Part shown: in pieces, positions 63,296-64,000 of the stretch | Layout of the letters: each line of letters begins with the position of its first letter | How positions within the stretch are numbered: position 1 is the stretch's first letter | Source of the DNA: Candidatus Micrarchaeota archaeon | GTDB lineage: Archaea; Micrarchaeota; Micrarchaeia; Burarchaeales; JACRGF01 | Assembly (NCBI GenBank): GCA_016212395.1 | Contig: JACRGF010000048.1 | Coordinates: 10,759-74,758 of the forward strand | Direction of reading: 5' to 3' | DNA length: 64,000 nucleotides | The notes under the pieces: model-generated | Databases searched by the model: none | What the model was told of the DNA's origin: nothing | What the model saw: the letters and a program-made list of their open reading frames with translations, nothing else | Program-made: the position numbers and the translations under genes

Positions 63296-63934
63296 TTAAA
63301 CTATTCTCGCCGGCTTGCCCATTGAGAGTTTCACGAAAACAGATTTTATCGCGTGGTCTCCACCCACCTTGTTTTTAACTGCCTCGTAGACAACGTCAAT
63401 GTTTTCAGCCAAGTCCTGCGCGCTCATTGCTTCAGTTCCAACAAGGCACTGGAGGGTGGGAAGGTTTTTCCCCTTGTTGCGCACGCGCACAGTTCGTTTT
63501 AACGCTTCCCAAATAGGGGTTACTGACTTTCCCACTATTGGTTTTGGAAGCTTGTCGCGCGTTCCTAGAAATTGCCCGAGGCTCTTGCCGACTTGCATCA
63601 TTAAGCTCGGCTGTGCAAGGAAAATGTGAGTCTTGGAGAGTGCTTTCAAGCGAGGCCTGTCGCCTGCAAGCTTGTCAATTTCGCCTGGAGCAAAAACAAT
63701 GTCTGCGCCTGCAGCCTTCGCGTCAACGCCAACCTGGCCGTCCGCGAACACTGCGAGCTTCAAGTTCCTTCCAGTGCCTTTCGGCAGGGGAATTTCAAGG
63801 TTCATCCTGCTGTCCTGCTTGCCGAAGTCGATTCCCTTGAAGTTTATGATTAGCTCTACTGACTGCGTGAACTTGCGCTTTCCCTTCTCCTGCAAAGCCT
63901 CCTCAAGCGATTTGGCTAACTTTTGCTTATCCAT
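63296..63934 (-). CDS. rpl1: ribosomal protein uL1
   Basis: MDKQKLAKSLEEAL...; ATG 63934. Confidence 0.95.
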   Translation of the reverse strand: MDKQKLAKSLEEALQEKGKRKFTQSVELIINFKGIDFGKQDSRMNLEIPLPKGTGRNLKLAVFADGQVGVDAKAAGADIVFAPGEIDKLAGDRPRLKALSKTHIFLAQPSLMMQVGKSLGQFLGTRDKLPKPIVGKSVTPIWEALKRTVRVRNKGKNLPTLQCLVGTEAMSAQDLAENIDVVYEAVKNKVGGDHAIKSVFVKLSMGKPARIV

Positions 63935-64000
63935 AGAATTTCCCTCCCACTCGAAAGTGGTCTTCACGGGAAAAACAGCGAACTAACTTATGCAAGAAAA

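Overview
This is an archaeal chromosomal segment. Gene content and layout look DPANN-like, but the lineage cannot be fixed from the sequence alone. It is dominated by the translation apparatus.

Main blocks:
- Ribosomal super-operon on the + strand, 35.9-59.6 kb: L3-L4-L23-L2-S19-L22-S3-L29-SUI1-Rpp29-S17-L14-L24-S4e-L5-S14-S8-L6-L32e-L19e-L18-S5-L30-L15-SecY-Adk-DUF106-L34e-Cmk-L14e-Cbf5-S13-S4-S11-RpoD-L18e-L13-S9-RpoN-S2.
- L7Ae-S28e-L24e-Ndk on the - strand, and L1-P0-P1 at the right edge.
- Single housekeeping genes: aIF5B, ABCE1 and Pelota (divergent pair), IleRS, RFC small subunit, NucS, NadE with an isochorismatase-family gene, ThrC, SpeH, dUTPase.
- Accessory content: a RelE/RHH toxin-antitoxin pair; an Epd/Tad-like type IV pilus locus (ATPase, two half-size platform genes, two pilins); a bacterial-type LCP-domain membrane protein; an unusually long BCAT-like enzyme; an ADP-dependent sugar-kinase homologue; a transglutaminase-like protein; and two paralogous Cys-rich repeat lipoproteins.

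The most unusual signal is the tRNA complement. All six tRNA genes are interrupted at the same T-loop site, at or near position 59/60.
- Four carry a cis intron there. tRNA-Ser also has a ~176-nt anticodon-loop intron.
- Two tRNA-Gly genes (UCC and CCC) have their 14-nt 3' piece encoded upstream of the 59-nt 5' piece, so they are circularly permuted or split. The CCC gene also has a 142-nt D-loop intron with a textbook bulge-helix-bulge (BHB) motif.
- The long inserts share a modular structured sequence, which suggests intron mobility.

Intergenic DNA is filled by two idiosyncratic families: tandem 8-nt GTTTTGRA-type arrays and short ACAA...TTGT or GTCGAC hairpins. Many start codons were re-chosen by eye from the ORF track, which also reports TTG/GTG starts as M, and are approximate.
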